Shown here piece by piece: positions 10,503-20,375 of a DNA stretch of 64,000 bases. Source of the DNA: a virus (Duplodnaviria; Caudoviricetes); the IMG/VR virus record IMGVR_UViG_3300036546_000207, positions 3,002 through 67,001 of that record; one strand, given 5' to 3'. Within the stretch, counting starts at the first letter, position 1. Every line of letters begins with the position of its first letter. The translations under genes and the position numbers were made by a program. Under the pieces are notes generated by a model. The model was not told the origin of the DNA and ran no database searches. It saw only the letters and a list, made by a program, of their open reading frames with translations.

Positions 10503-11371
10503 AGCTTTGTGTACTGTTGCGGCGATTCGCCATCAGTGCCCGCTTCGAACACACTTGCCGCCGTGATAACCGCACGATTGCCAACGCCTTGCACCTCAAC
10601 CAAATCACCGGCAGCGATTACGGGCGCATACTTGAAGCGACTGACGCGGTCCACTACCAGGCACGCGGTCATATTGCGCAGTGTGGGTGCGTTAGCCCCT
10701 TGCTGAAAACGCACGGCACGGGTTTTGGTGCGGTTGCCGTACACGAACTGGCCGTCCGCATCCAGGCTGTAGAATGACGGTATTTCATGCCGCTCTCGGA
10801 ATCCTGAATCCACTGTCTCGGCGTTACCGGCAGGCACTGTATCGACCGGTGATTGCTGGAACAGGCCAGGAAGGGATATGAATGCCAGTCGACCATTGCG
10901 CCACCGCACCACGCCGCCTGCCTCCTGCAGCGCACGGGAAATGTGGTAGCTGGGCACTTCGCCCACCAGGCAGGTGTATCGACTGACAGCAAAATCCCCT
11001 TCGATGCCGCGCAATGTTGCGCCTGCAGCCCGGTAAATCTCAGCCAGCGTCGCGCCTCGCTTGATGATGGCGTACGGCTTGATGAACGACACTTCCTTGA
11101 CCGGCTTCAGGATGGCAATGATGCGCACGAATGCGGCCTCGGATTCCCCTTGCACGCGACCGGACGGGATCACCTCTGATTTGACGATCTCCATCTCGTC
11201 ATTGGCATAGGTATGAATCGACCGGCCAACGGTAAAGTAAGGCCCGCTTTCAGCATCAATACGGATATCCGCCTCAAGTGTCAGCGGAACTGGCACCAGG
11301 TCGGAACGCAGTACCGCGCGACGGATAAAATCGCCACGAATCGGCTTGTCAGTGTCATAGAACAGCTGCAT
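10481..11371 (-). CDS. Baseplate hub protein (P1 gp6-like)
   Basis: 296-aa ORF immediately upstream of the spike; synteny with P1 genes 5, 6 and 24. Confidence 0.55.
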   Translation of the reverse strand: MQLFYDTDKPIRGDFIRRAVLRSDLVPVPLTLEADIRIDAESGPYFTVGRSIHTYANDEMEIVKSEVIPSGRVQGESEAAFVRIIAILKPVKEVSFIKPYAIIKRGATLAEIYRAAGATLRGIEGDFAVSRYTCLVGEVPSYHISRALQEAGGVVRWRNGRLAFISLPGLFQQSPVDTVPAGNAETVDSGFRERHEIPSFYSLDADGQFVYGNRTKTRAVRFQQGANAPTLRNMTACLVVDRVSRFKYAPVIAAGDLVEVQGVGNRAVITAASVFEAGTDGESPQQYTKLWLGRLQ

Positions 11372-11377
11372 CGGGCG

Positions 11378-11755
11378 TTACACCGTGATGATCGGAATGC
11401 AGAACACCCGGCGCGGCATATCGGCTTCCATCTGGGTAATATCGTTGCCCACTTCTGAGCTGTTACGGCCGAACACCTCCGCCCCCATTGACCGCGTCGC
11501 CTCCATCTGCAGCGCACTTTCGCGCTCCACGTACAGAAGAAAGAGCGGGCGTATTTCAGCCCACTCAGACACGGATATATCGATATTGGCGGTGATCGGC
11601 TGCCCGAGCTCCGGCGGGGTTTCCAGCTCGGCAAAGCCTGCATAGAACTCCACCGCTGCCAATGCCTGGGCCGTTACAGACTCAGGCGGCAGAATGTTGG
11701 CCGCGCCGCGCTCTTGCAGCAGGAAACGATCAACCAGCTCAGACAGCAGCGCCAT
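11378..11755 (-). CDS. Virion structural protein (P1 gp24-like)
   Basis: 125-aa coupled ORF in the tail/baseplate operon; size and position fit. Confidence 0.45.
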   Translation of the reverse strand: MALLSELVDRFLLQERGAANILPPESVTAQALAAVEFYAGFAELETPPELGQPITANIDISVSEWAEIRPLFLLYVERESALQMEATRSMGAEVFGRNSSEVGNDITQMEADMPRRVFCIPIITV

Positions 11756-12255
11756 CAGCGGTAATCCTTGGAGTTGCCTTCGATCAGCTCGCCGTAGTAG
11801 TGGTAGAACATAGTGCCGCTGAAGGTCAGGATCTGGGTGCGGTTCTCCCAGTCACGGTCGGCGTCATCGATCTGGATAAAGGCATCAACAATACGCTTGT
11901 AGCGCAGGTACTTGTCCGGCGTGCCTTCATAGATCTTGGCATTGAAGGTGCCGCCCTGGGTGATAAGCTCCACCAGCATATTGTCGATAGGCGCATCAAC
12001 GGTTTCCAGGAAGGATACCTGCCCTTGCTTGTTGGGCTTGATCTGCTGCGGCTCATAGATCGGTACACCCAGCGGGGTCGGCACCTCAATTTCACCGGCC
12101 ACGGTGGTAACGGGCCACGGACACTGCTTGGCCAGCAGGTACATGCCCTCGAACCCTTCGATCTCGAAGGTGTAGTCGGAGTTGACCACCTTCTGACCGA
12201 GGGCCTTGGTCTTGTCGTAGTACCCTCGCAGGTACTGGTTAACGGATACGGTCAT
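11755..12255 (-). CDS. Tail tube / baseplate protein (P1 BplB-like)
   Basis: About 166 aa with tube-like alternating beta pattern; GGAG RBS before ATG 12255; follows a late-promoter motif. Confidence 0.55.
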   Translation of the reverse strand: MTVSVNQYLRGYYDKTKALGQKVVNSDYTFEIEGFEGMYLLAKQCPWPVTTVAGEIEVPTPLGVPIYEPQQIKPNKQGQVSFLETVDAPIDNMLVELITQGGTFNAKIYEGTPDKYLRYKRIVDAFIQIDDADRDWENRTQILTFSGTMFYHYYGELIEGNSKDYR

Positions 12256-12312
12256 AATCGGCTCCACGTTTGGATGATCGCAAACCCCAACGCGAGCGCG
12301 CCGGGCAGTATC

Positions 12313-12353
12313 ACTCTACCCAGCGCCACACGCCACCACTGTGCTGTTTTTCC
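12313..12353 (-). promoter_or_regulatory. Putative late promoter (GGAAA-N30-TAGAGT)
   Basis: Motif and spacing shared with four other intergenic sites. Confidence 0.55.
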
Positions 12354-12357
12354 AGCA

Positions 12358-13158
12358 TTATGCCGCCATGCCGGTACGATTCTCTTCAGATATGCGCTCG
12401 TACTCGGCTGCCATTCTGTGGTGATAGCCATGCTTCCAGTAGGCAGGGCCGTTGTAGCCGCGCGCAAACGCAGCCCAATCCTTCTCCTGGAGTGCAGACT
12501 GCAGCGTCCAGTTGACCTTTATGAAGCGCACAAAAGCATCCAGGTGATCACCCTCTGAACGCTTCATCAGCGACACGAATTCATCAATTGAGCTGTATCC
12601 CAGCGCCTTCCAGTGGTAACCCATGATTTGGAATGCACCCCAGGAACACGATTCATGCGCGCAATCGCGGTCGATCTCGATGGCAGATGCCAGTCGGTCA
12701 TACTCCCTCAGGCCGCCGATATAGCCACCGGTGGCGGTGTTGACCAGGCTCGGAGGCAAGCCCTCAACGCTGATGCCAGCCGCCAACAATCGACGGCGCA
12801 TAATGTGGCGTTCATACAGAATGGCTGGCTGGCCGGCAGCAAAGAACCCGTCGCCCCGGCTTTCGACTGCATTCACCGCCCGTATCACGGCCATCTCAAC
12901 ACCCAGTTCTTCGGCGGCACGGTATAGATCCTTGTCCTGCAGCAGGTAATCAACACGCACGCCAGATAGCGCGTTAAGCGTCTTGCTACCGGCGATACCG
13001 TCCACGACCAGACCCATGTAACGCTGAAACTCACGAACAGCCTTCTCTGTCGCCGGGCCGTAGTGCCCATCAGGCACCAGCGCAAAACCATTGGCACCCA
13101 GCTGGCTCTGCAGGGTGCGCACATCAGCTCCCTTGTCGCCTATTCTCATGATGGTCAT
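12358..13158 (-). CDS. Endolysin: peptidoglycan-binding domain + DUF3380-type N-acetylmuramidase
   Basis: DGHYGPATEKAVREFQ..VDGIAGSKT (PG-binding), then VESRG..ILYERH..SWGAFQIMGYH..FARGYNGP. ATG 13158 overlaps the upstream stop (ATGA). Confidence 0.9.
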   Translation of the reverse strand: MTIMRIGDKGADVRTLQSQLGANGFALVPDGHYGPATEKAVREFQRYMGLVVDGIAGSKTLNALSGVRVDYLLQDKDLYRAAEELGVEMAVIRAVNAVESRGDGFFAAGQPAILYERHIMRRRLLAAGISVEGLPPSLVNTATGGYIGGLREYDRLASAIEIDRDCAHESCSWGAFQIMGYHWKALGYSSIDEFVSLMKRSEGDHLDAFVRFIKVNWTLQSALQEKDWAAFARGYNGPAYWKHGYHHRMAAEYERISEENRTGMAA

Positions 13159-13385
13159 CGTCTCGATCCTGCTATGGTTTTCACAATGGCGCCGCACGCG
13201 CGAATGACGTTGTTCAGACGATCTGCAATGCCCGCCTGCAGCTTCAACTCCCCTTCCTTGCCCTTTCGCCAGTCAGCAAAGGCTTTGCCTTCGAAGAATG
13301 CATACGCATCGCTATGCGGCATTCCGAGGGCGTCAGGCAGGGGTGTCGAGGCATACAGGGACAGGTTATGCGCGATCATCTCCAT
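13155..13385 (-). CDS. Small tail-associated protein (76 aa), possible assembly chaperone partner
   Basis: 3' part of track ORF 13155..13664; ATG 13385 overlaps the end of the upstream gene; stop coupled to the endolysin start. Confidence 0.5.
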   Translation of the reverse strand: MEMIAHNLSLYASTPLPDALGMPHSDAYAFFEGKAFADWRKGKEGELKLQAGIADRLNNVIRACGAIVKTIAGSRR

Positions 13386-14133
13386 ACTCTCGACCCATTC
13401 GGCGCGCAAACGAGGTGATGCAGGTGCTAACTGGAAACCTGGCCGGCGGTTTTGCCGCATTGCCCTCCTTATCGCTGGGCAGCACAACGATGCCGGTACG
13501 GTCAAACGATATATTGAGCAGGTGTTTGAGCTGATCTGCGCCTGCATGGAAGCGCTCCAGCAGCTGTATAAACACGCTTTCGGGGTACTGAGCGAATACG
13601 CGCATGCGCTCCAGCAGCAGCGTATCCAGCTCACCATCCTGCTCTGGCATCTCCATGCGACCATTCGGAACCATCTGCGCCGCCATCAGGCCCACCTGCC
13701 AATGCGCGTATCCGGCAATCCCGTCAACTTCGCCTTCCAATCGCTCGATTGCACTTGCCAGGCGTCCGGTCAGGGTCCGAATGGCCCACTTATCGCCCTC
13801 GACTTCACCCAGATCAAAGTGGTCACCGGGGTAGTCTTCGCCACCAATCAGGTAGTCGGAGTAACGCGCGTCGCCGCCTGCCAGAGCAAAGTCAGGCCCA
13901 TCATCAAAGGTGGCCGACATATAGTGACAAATCGCCATGGTCCGCTCTTGCACGGTCCAGTCATCAGGGCTTTCAATACCGTCCGACTGCTCGATAACGG
14001 CGTTCAGAAAAAAGGATGCTGAGGCCTGCTGCAGGCGGTCAGGAATAGTTGCCAGCGCAATGGCATCCTTCATTGATATCTCTTTCATCTGCACCGTCAG
14101 GCGCTTGGTGCGTAGCGGCGGTATATTGATCAT
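13366..14133 (-). CDS. Morphogenetic protein (P1 PmgG-like)
   Basis: 255-aa coupled ORF; P1 order is 23-22-21-pmgG-bplB. Confidence 0.45.
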   Translation of the reverse strand: MINIPPLRTKRLTVQMKEISMKDAIALATIPDRLQQASASFFLNAVIEQSDGIESPDDWTVQERTMAICHYMSATFDDGPDFALAGGDARYSDYLIGGEDYPGDHFDLGEVEGDKWAIRTLTGRLASAIERLEGEVDGIAGYAHWQVGLMAAQMVPNGRMEMPEQDGELDTLLLERMRVFAQYPESVFIQLLERFHAGADQLKHLLNISFDRTGIVVLPSDKEGNAAKPPARFPVSTCITSFARRMGREYGDDRA

Positions 14134-14900
14134 TAACGATTCCTCATAGCCATCCAGTCGGCACGGTCTTTACCTGTCAGGGTGGCCAGCGTTACAGGGA
14201 CTTTCATTTGGGTGAACCGGCCAAATCGATCAACGGGACTGCCAAGCGGCACGCCCACACGCTCAATCACCATCGGGGAGTAGGTGCGGCCCTTGTAGGT
14301 CAGGGCCACCAGTGCCGGCACCTTGGATGGGAAGGCGGATTCAATCATGCCCTTATCGGAGGTGGCGTAATCGAGCACGGCCGTCACCAGTGTGCCCTCG
14401 GGGGCCAGATACTCAGGCAGCGCCCACTGAATCAACTGATCGATCGGCGCTTCCACTTCACTGACAGGATCGGACCAGGCGCGGAACAGCAGTTCGCCCT
14501 GGATGCGCAAGGGCGGCATACCGTTGAAGATCTGCGTACTGTTCAGCTTGGTCATGCCAGAACGACCTATAGCCGCCTTGGCTGCACCTGATAGCCCGTC
14601 AAATATGGACGTATCCAGCTGTTCTCCGACCTTTTCGGTGATTGCCGGTATGGCGCCAGACTGCAGCATGCTACTCAGAGCCGGGGCAGCGCCCTCTGCA
14701 CCGGCGCCCTCAAAGGGGCTTTGCCAGTTCATCTCGAGGTCAAGCTGAACATCTTCGACAAACGGAGCCTGCAACTCGATGTCGCCCACCGGATTGCCGT
14801 CAATGTCGACTTCATGCAGGCTGGCCAGCAGGTGACGGCTCAAACCGTCCCACTTTGACCCCGTGCGAGCCATCAGCGTGCCAGATTCGTTTCCAGCCAT
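14133..14900 (-). CDS. Baseplate / tail tube initiator (P1 gp21-like)
   Basis: About 255 aa ORF in the tail operon downstream of the sheath; synteny. Confidence 0.45.
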   Translation of the reverse strand: MAGNESGTLMARTGSKWDGLSRHLLASLHEVDIDGNPVGDIELQAPFVEDVQLDLEMNWQSPFEGAGAEGAAPALSSMLQSGAIPAITEKVGEQLDTSIFDGLSGAAKAAIGRSGMTKLNSTQIFNGMPPLRIQGELLFRAWSDPVSEVEAPIDQLIQWALPEYLAPEGTLVTAVLDYATSDKGMIESAFPSKVPALVALTYKGRTYSPMVIERVGVPLGSPVDRFGRFTQMKVPVTLATLTGKDRADWMAMRNR

Positions 14901-14913
14901 CGTGTGAAACCTC

Positions 14914-14941
14914 AAAAAAGGAGCGGCCCGTCAGGACCGCT
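14914..14941 (-). terminator. Intrinsic terminator after the capsid-sheath operon
   Basis: Imperfect GC hairpin (agcggtcc/ggccgct) followed by CCTTTTTT on the minus strand. Confidence 0.5.
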
Positions 14942-14954
14942 TGAAGTGCGTCAA

Positions 14955-15638
14955 TTACAGACCCAGCTTGCGCCGGACTTTCATCGACTTCATGCGGCGC
15001 ACCTTGGCACCTGCAGAACGCGCTTTACGCTGAGCCTTGCGGATTGCCACCTTCTGCTTGCCGCTCAGGCGCACATTGCCACCCACGCGCTTGTTGATGC
15101 GCACTTTCTTGCCACCGCGCACCGCCACTTTCTTGCGGTAAACGGCGTCAAAAACGGCTTCCTGCGCCTCTTCACCGAAGACAAAGTTATCCATTTCGTC
15201 ATCGGTGGCGTCCGCTTCCATGCTGGCAGAGACCAGATCATGCACGCGAACAGCCGCATCGGCGTCCCACTCGTTCAACAGCAGATCAAGGTCTTCATCA
15301 TCCACGCCCATCATGGACAGGTAATCCCACGCGGCTTCCAATGCGGACACCATGACCTCCTGTTCGTCGTCTTCCAGCTCGCCCTCTTGATCGTCATCGG
15401 CAATGCCGACCATCAGTGCAAGCAGGCGATCGGACAGCTGTTCGCCATCGTCCAAATCACCGTCTTCAATCCATTGATTGATCGCAGCAGCCGCTTCCAT
15501 GCGTGCCGTCATGGTTTCGTATTTTGCAGCGGAATCCATCGCCGGTTCGACGGCGCTATCAAGCGCCGCCTTCCGTGCCTGGGCCTGCTGCTCTTCGTCC
15601 ATCAGGTCATACAAATGACCACGCAGAGCATTGCTCAT
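14955..15638 (-). CDS. Putative prohead core/scaffold protein
   Basis: Very acidic body with a very basic C-terminal tail ending RRKLGL, reminiscent of T4 prohead core proteins; carries LDS/MDS motifs. Confidence 0.45.
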   Translation of the reverse strand: MSNALRGHLYDLMDEEQQAQARKAALDSAVEPAMDSAAKYETMTARMEAAAAINQWIEDGDLDDGEQLSDRLLALMVGIADDDQEGELEDDEQEVMVSALEAAWDYLSMMGVDDEDLDLLLNEWDADAAVRVHDLVSASMEADATDDEMDNFVFGEEAQEAVFDAVYRKKVAVRGGKKVRINKRVGGNVRLSGKQKVAIRKAQRKARSAGAKVRRMKSMKVRRKLGL

Positions 15639-15649
15639 TCTGAATCTCC

Positions 15650-17299
15650 TTAACGGTTCAGAGTCTGTGTAACAAAGGTCTGACGGTTGGTGCCGTCATA
15701 ACGAACCCAGTAGCTCACGTCCATGCGGTCGTAAGGGCTGGCCTCATTGGGCGCCACCACGAAGCGGAACGATGCGCCACCCATAGCAGGATCATCCGAA
15801 GGCACGATCCAGTCAGAGGCCTCTGCACCTTCAAACAGCACCTGCAGGAAATCAGCGGTACGCTTGACGGCTACTTTCATCGGCTTCTGCAGCGCATCCT
15901 TGGCAAAGCGGGTCACGGCATCATCGATGCTGGTCGACATATCAACCACGGCGATCAGCTTCTTCAACGAGTTGGTCACCGGTGCGCAGGTCAGGGAATC
16001 GCGCCACACGTAGCGACCGCCACCGGTGTAGGTCTCATGGATCACCGGGTTGATCTTGGCGCGTGCCAGCATGTCCAGTTCCTGATTGTCAGGGGTGTAG
16101 GTCTGGATGATGCCAGTGCGGTCAACCTGCCATTCACGACCTGCAACCGGGTAGTTCTTCGGTGCAAAGCCCTTGGCATTGGTCTGAGCGTTACGCGCGC
16201 ACGCCTTGGCAATGTTGAGTGCAGCGGTACCGAAATAGCCCTTGGCATTGATACCGGAGGGGTCATTCGACTTGAGCGGAGCCCAGAAGGCATGCGCAAG
16301 GTGCGCAGAGGTGTTGGCAGAGATGTTCATCTGCTCAATCCACGCCACCGCCTCCTCCGGTGTCAGATCACCCGGCACGTCGATGCGCAACTGACGGTTG
16401 GTGTTGTGCATCAGGTCCAGCAGTGAGGCCAACAGGGTTGCAGACTGAGTACCACCAGAGGCGATATACGCATAGTTGTACTGCGTATCCTGCAGCTGCT
16501 TAGTGGCGCGCTGGCAGTCTTCCACCGTGTAAACAGTGCTGCCCTCGGTGAAGTAAAGCTGCACATCGGAGGTTGCCCACTTCAGCTGCGTACCGCTGAA
16601 ACCATAGGCATCAGATGTCGGTGCAATGCTGGTGGTTTCGCCCACCATGACCTCGAGCGCATCAGTGCGCAGCTCAATCACGTCCGGCAGGTAGATGGAG
16701 TTGCCGGTGTCGTCCTGCGCGCCGGGAACCAGCGAGCCGGTGTACTCGGACAGCACGTCATCATCCTTGTCCAGAAGGCGCAGCGTGATCACGTCAGTGG
16801 CAGAATTCACGCCGCCCACACGGTTTTCATCCGCATGAATCGCGACCTTGATGCCGTCATTGAAGCAATCAAGGTGCTTGATGGCCAACAGGTACGGCAG
16901 GACCGGTTCAGTCTCGGATACAGCGAAAGACAGCGCGCCGGTCGGCTCTTGGCTTACGCCGTCCAGCTCTTCGGTTACCACGATCCAGTTCAGCTTGGCA
17001 TCAGCAGTATGCAAGCGACTGACAACGGCGGTGTACGCGCCCTTGTTCAGCGCCTCTACCACCTGCACCCAGGCTTCATTCTGGGTGTTTGCGCGCATGG
17101 ACTCGCCCTTACCCAGACGGGTGCGGACATTGCCTGCATTGACCGTGAAAGCACGATCGATACGGCCTCGAGTTGCCCGCATGGCGATGCCGAACATCTG
17201 ATCAGCATTGCTGCCGCTCGGAAGCTCGGAGTTGTCGCGCAACGGGTTAAGCTGAACGCCGGATTCGGCACCCAGCTGGCGTACAAAAGATACGGCCAT
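15650..17299 (-). CDS. Tail sheath protein (P1 gp22-like)
   Basis: 549 aa; C-terminal sheath-like region (AKINPV..WRDSLT..RMDVSYWVRYDGTNRQ); two genes downstream of the capsid gene. Confidence 0.8.
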   Translation of the reverse strand: MAVSFVRQLGAESGVQLNPLRDNSELPSGSNADQMFGIAMRATRGRIDRAFTVNAGNVRTRLGKGESMRANTQNEAWVQVVEALNKGAYTAVVSRLHTADAKLNWIVVTEELDGVSQEPTGALSFAVSETEPVLPYLLAIKHLDCFNDGIKVAIHADENRVGGVNSATDVITLRLLDKDDDVLSEYTGSLVPGAQDDTGNSIYLPDVIELRTDALEVMVGETTSIAPTSDAYGFSGTQLKWATSDVQLYFTEGSTVYTVEDCQRATKQLQDTQYNYAYIASGGTQSATLLASLLDLMHNTNRQLRIDVPGDLTPEEAVAWIEQMNISANTSAHLAHAFWAPLKSNDPSGINAKGYFGTAALNIAKACARNAQTNAKGFAPKNYPVAGREWQVDRTGIIQTYTPDNQELDMLARAKINPVIHETYTGGGRYVWRDSLTCAPVTNSLKKLIAVVDMSTSIDDAVTRFAKDALQKPMKVAVKRTADFLQVLFEGAEASDWIVPSDDPAMGGASFRFVVAPNEASPYDRMDVSYWVRYDGTNRQTFVTQTLNR

Positions 17300-17313
17300 T
17301 GGTTAAACCTCTC

Positions 17314-17757
17314 TTACTTGGTTGCCGGTTTGCGGCGTGTAGTGGTGCGCTTGGGCGCTGCCGGTTCAGGCTCTGTCGTTACTTCGGTCTCTTGAGCATC
17401 GGTATCCGGCTCAACCTGATCCTGATCAGCCTCATTGCTATCAGCTACGACCTCATCAGCCCGTTCAGCTTCATCCAGCGACTCAGCCTTCAGCGTGACC
17501 AGCTTGGCGCTTGCGTTCAGCTCGGCCACCTGGGCTGCGCTGCGAACCATGCGCGCCAGTGAGGCCGCATCAGCAACAGTGAACGCACGGGTTTCGCTCG
17601 GTCGCAGGAATACACGGGCTTCCGGCAAGCTCAGGTTGAACGGCGCGTGACTGGTGATATCAAGCACCAGCGGGAACTCTGCATCCTGCAGCTTTGCCGC
17701 CAGCGCGTCGGCGCTCTCACCGATCAGGGTGGGAGCGCCAATGGTCAACATTCGCAT
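17314..17757 (-). CDS. Hypothetical virion protein (possible head decoration)
   Basis: 147-aa ORF between the capsid and sheath genes. Confidence 0.5.
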   Translation of the reverse strand: MRMLTIGAPTLIGESADALAAKLQDAEFPLVLDITSHAPFNLSLPEARVFLRPSETRAFTVADAASLARMVRSAAQVAELNASAKLVTLKAESLDEAERADEVVADSNEADQDQVEPDTDAQETEVTTEPEPAAPKRTTTRRKPATK

Positions 17758-17770
17758 TGGCGCACCTCGG

Positions 17771-19453
17771 TTAGATCAGGTTGGTGACGTTGATCCGCGC
17801 ACACGCCTTGGAAGACGGGTTATGCGGGTTAACGGCGGTGAAGTTGCGCGCGTAGAAGCCCGCACCGGACTTGAGATCAGCGCCGGTAGACAGCGGGATC
17901 ACGGTCGGCGCAACGGCATCACCCAGCACGAACGGGTTGCGGGTTACGTCGGTTGCCTGACCTACACAGATGATCTCTGCAGCGCTGCCATCAACGGCTT
18001 CCATCACCACTTTCGGCGCGTAGTACACGTCATACTTGCCGAACAGGCGACCCAGACGGTAGATACCCGGACGCTCGGAGACGCCAGACGGCTGCCAGAT
18101 ATCCAACGGCAGACCCTGCATGATGGCGCCCATCAGGTCGCCCACGTACAGGTGGGTAATGCCGTGGTTCATGGTGTCGTTGGCCATCTTCTGAGACAGC
18201 TTGCCCAGGACAGACGACAGGTCGCGCATCACATCGGCGCGGGTCTTGTAATCGCCGCGGGTTGCCCACGCGAAGTCGAAGGTTTCCTGATTGCCTGCAG
18301 ACAGACGCTTGGCCTTGCGCAGCACGTCGTAGTGACGCTCGTTGGCAAACTGGCCCTGAATGGCAATCACGCCCTCAGAGTACGGATCCAGACCCAGTTC
18401 GTTGCTCATCTGAGTGCGAGCATCGATAGACTGAGTAGTGATCACGCGCCACGGCTTCGCGTACAGCGAGAACACTTCAACGTCGGTGATCACACGCGGC
18501 GTCAGAGTGTCGTCACGCTCGTAGTCGATGAAGCCTTCCACCAGCACTTCATTACCTTCCGGCAGCGCCGGGGTGGCCGTCAGTGCGATAACACCGGTAT
18601 CGGTGTTGATGGTGCCGCCGATCTGATGAACGGTGCCGGCCACTTCGATCTGACCGGATACGCTGGAGTTGCCGGAGCCTGAAGTGCTGATCTCGGTAGC
18701 TGCAACGCGACCGTTGACGTACACAATAGAGCGACCGCGCAGCAGTGGTACCTCTGCAGCTGCCGGATCACAGGTGCTATCGGTATCCTGGATAGCGGTC
18801 AGCTTGCCGGTGATGTCACCAGTGGGCGCACCGGCATTCAGTACGATCTCACATAGGTGCTCACGGCTGGTGGAAATGTAGCGGTCACCAGAGCTAACGC
18901 CATCCATCAGGCCGCCCTGCTTGTAGGCGCCATAGGTTGAGCCAGCCTGGTGCGTCATGATCGCAAGACGCGCTTCGTTCGACTGCAGGTCTGCAGGCAG
19001 GTAGTGCGCAAACGGAATTGCTTCACTCAGGGTGGACAGAATGGCTACCACAGCGCGATTCGGCTGCAGCGACAGGGCATCATGGTTGTCAGAAGTCGCA
19101 CTATCCAGTGCCAGCTTCTTAGCGGCCACGCGAGTGGTGCCATACGCCAGATGCATAGCCTGCTCAAGCAGGTCGCCCGGCGCATCGGTGCCGTGCATCT
19201 TCTCGTAGTTGGCGGCGCCATCCAGAATGGCACGGGTAATCATGCGCTTCTGTTTTTCGTCAGCCTCGTCGAACACAGCCTGCAGGGTTTCCGGCACCTT
19301 GACGGAACCGGCACGGTCCAGAGCGTTATCCACGAACTCGGTCGCTGCGGCGCTATCAAACGCACCGCCCTTGATGGACTCGTTCTTCAGCCCGGCAACG
19401 AAGTTGGCCGCTTCGCTGGTTGCCCGGCGAGTGTGGTCTTGTTTCTTCGCCAT
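17771..19453 (-). CDS. Major capsid protein (P1 gp23-like)
   Basis: 560 aa from ATG 19453 with GGAGA RBS; size, LDS putative processing site and position before the sheath match P1 gene 23. Confidence 0.8.
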   Translation of the reverse strand: MAKKQDHTRRATSEAANFVAGLKNESIKGGAFDSAAATEFVDNALDRAGSVKVPETLQAVFDEADEKQKRMITRAILDGAANYEKMHGTDAPGDLLEQAMHLAYGTTRVAAKKLALDSATSDNHDALSLQPNRAVVAILSTLSEAIPFAHYLPADLQSNEARLAIMTHQAGSTYGAYKQGGLMDGVSSGDRYISTSREHLCEIVLNAGAPTGDITGKLTAIQDTDSTCDPAAAEVPLLRGRSIVYVNGRVAATEISTSGSGNSSVSGQIEVAGTVHQIGGTINTDTGVIALTATPALPEGNEVLVEGFIDYERDDTLTPRVITDVEVFSLYAKPWRVITTQSIDARTQMSNELGLDPYSEGVIAIQGQFANERHYDVLRKAKRLSAGNQETFDFAWATRGDYKTRADVMRDLSSVLGKLSQKMANDTMNHGITHLYVGDLMGAIMQGLPLDIWQPSGVSERPGIYRLGRLFGKYDVYYAPKVVMEAVDGSAAEIICVGQATDVTRNPFVLGDAVAPTVIPLSTGADLKSGAGFYARNFTAVNPHNPSSKACARINVTNLI

Positions 19454-19515
19454 GAGTTGTATCTCCGTAATCTCAATTGGGGAAATAGAGCCGACCAAAT
19501 CGGCCGGGTGGAGAC

Positions 19516-19556
19516 AGTGTGCGGCGATTGAGAGGGTGTCTTTCGGGTGATTTTCC
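19516..19556 (-). promoter_or_regulatory. Putative late promoter (GGAAA-N30-CACACT) of the capsid operon
   Basis: Shared motif and spacing. Confidence 0.55.
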
Positions 19557-19569
19557 GGTTTAAAGCCGC

Positions 19570-19866
19570 CTACGACAGGCAGACGGCTATCAGGGAGCAG
19601 GCAGCAGCAGGGATGACCACATCAAGCATGGAATCCAGAGTCCATCCATGTATGACGCCCTCATACCCTCTGATCGGCAGCGACTGGCCCCACGACCAAC
19701 CGGTATTGATGGCGTGCTTGTATTCGTGCTGGGCGATCTCCCGCCCCAGGAAGACGGCGCAGGCAATCGCACCGGCCGCCCACCAGTCAGCAAGCCCGGT
19801 CAGAGCGATAAGCGACTGGATGGCAACCGCCGCAACCGTGTGTTCAATATGGGTTCGATTGATCAT
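19570..19866 (-). CDS. Small membrane protein
   Basis: 98 aa with two or three hydrophobic segments; coupled to the upstream gene. Confidence 0.55.
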   Translation of the reverse strand: MINRTHIEHTVAAVAIQSLIALTGLADWWAAGAIACAVFLGREIAQHEYKHAINTGWSWGQSLPIRGYEGVIHGWTLDSMLDVVIPAAACSLIAVCLS

Positions 19867-20375
19867 GGCTCTATGGCCTCCTCCCCGGGCATCAGGTCGA
19901 GATCAGCGCGCCGGTTGGTGATGTAGCGGGACACATACGGCGGCACGTTGACCGTCGCTTCCACGTCGACAATTTCATAGGCCACCTTGGCCGCGGCATC
20001 GCCTTCACCCAGTAGCAGATAGATCACGTCGTTTTTCTTCACCTCGAAGCCACCGGGGTTGCCGATCATCTCCTCAGGCTCGATCAGGAAGCGGTGCTGT
20101 TCTTCCCCCAGAGCGGCATCACGCCGGTCCATCATTGACGCGCCCTGGAACATATCGGCAGGCAATGAATAACCCATGCCCACGAATGCCCACTTCACTT
20201 CGGATTCATCATCAGCACTGAGCACCATCATGCCGCCAAGTGTCGGTGCGCCACCGGCCTCAGGATCGGTGCGCATCACTTCTTTGCGGTACACCTCACA
20301 GTTGAATGCATTGGGGTGATTGATAATCACGTTTCGGGCCATCGCATTGATGCCCATAGGGATGCGGTTCAGCAT
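19863..20375 (-). CDS. Putative head-tail connector / neck protein
   Basis: 170-aa coupled ORF in a structural operon; beta-rich pattern. Confidence 0.4.
   Translation of the reverse strand: MLNRIPMGINAMARNVIINHPNAFNCEVYRKEVMRTDPEAGGAPTLGGMMVLSADDESEVKWAFVGMGYSLPADMFQGASMMDRRDAALGEEQHRFLIEPEEMIGNPGGFEVKKNDVIYLLLGEGDAAAKVAYEIVDVEATVNVPPYVSRYITNRRADLDLMPGEEAIEP

Noticed and set aside
13155-13664. Programmed frameshift joining the 255-aa gene to the downstream small ORF (lambda G/GT style)
   Set aside because: The overlapping frame is open, but I found no canonical slippery heptamer near the junction, and a separate ATG at 13385 explains the small gene.
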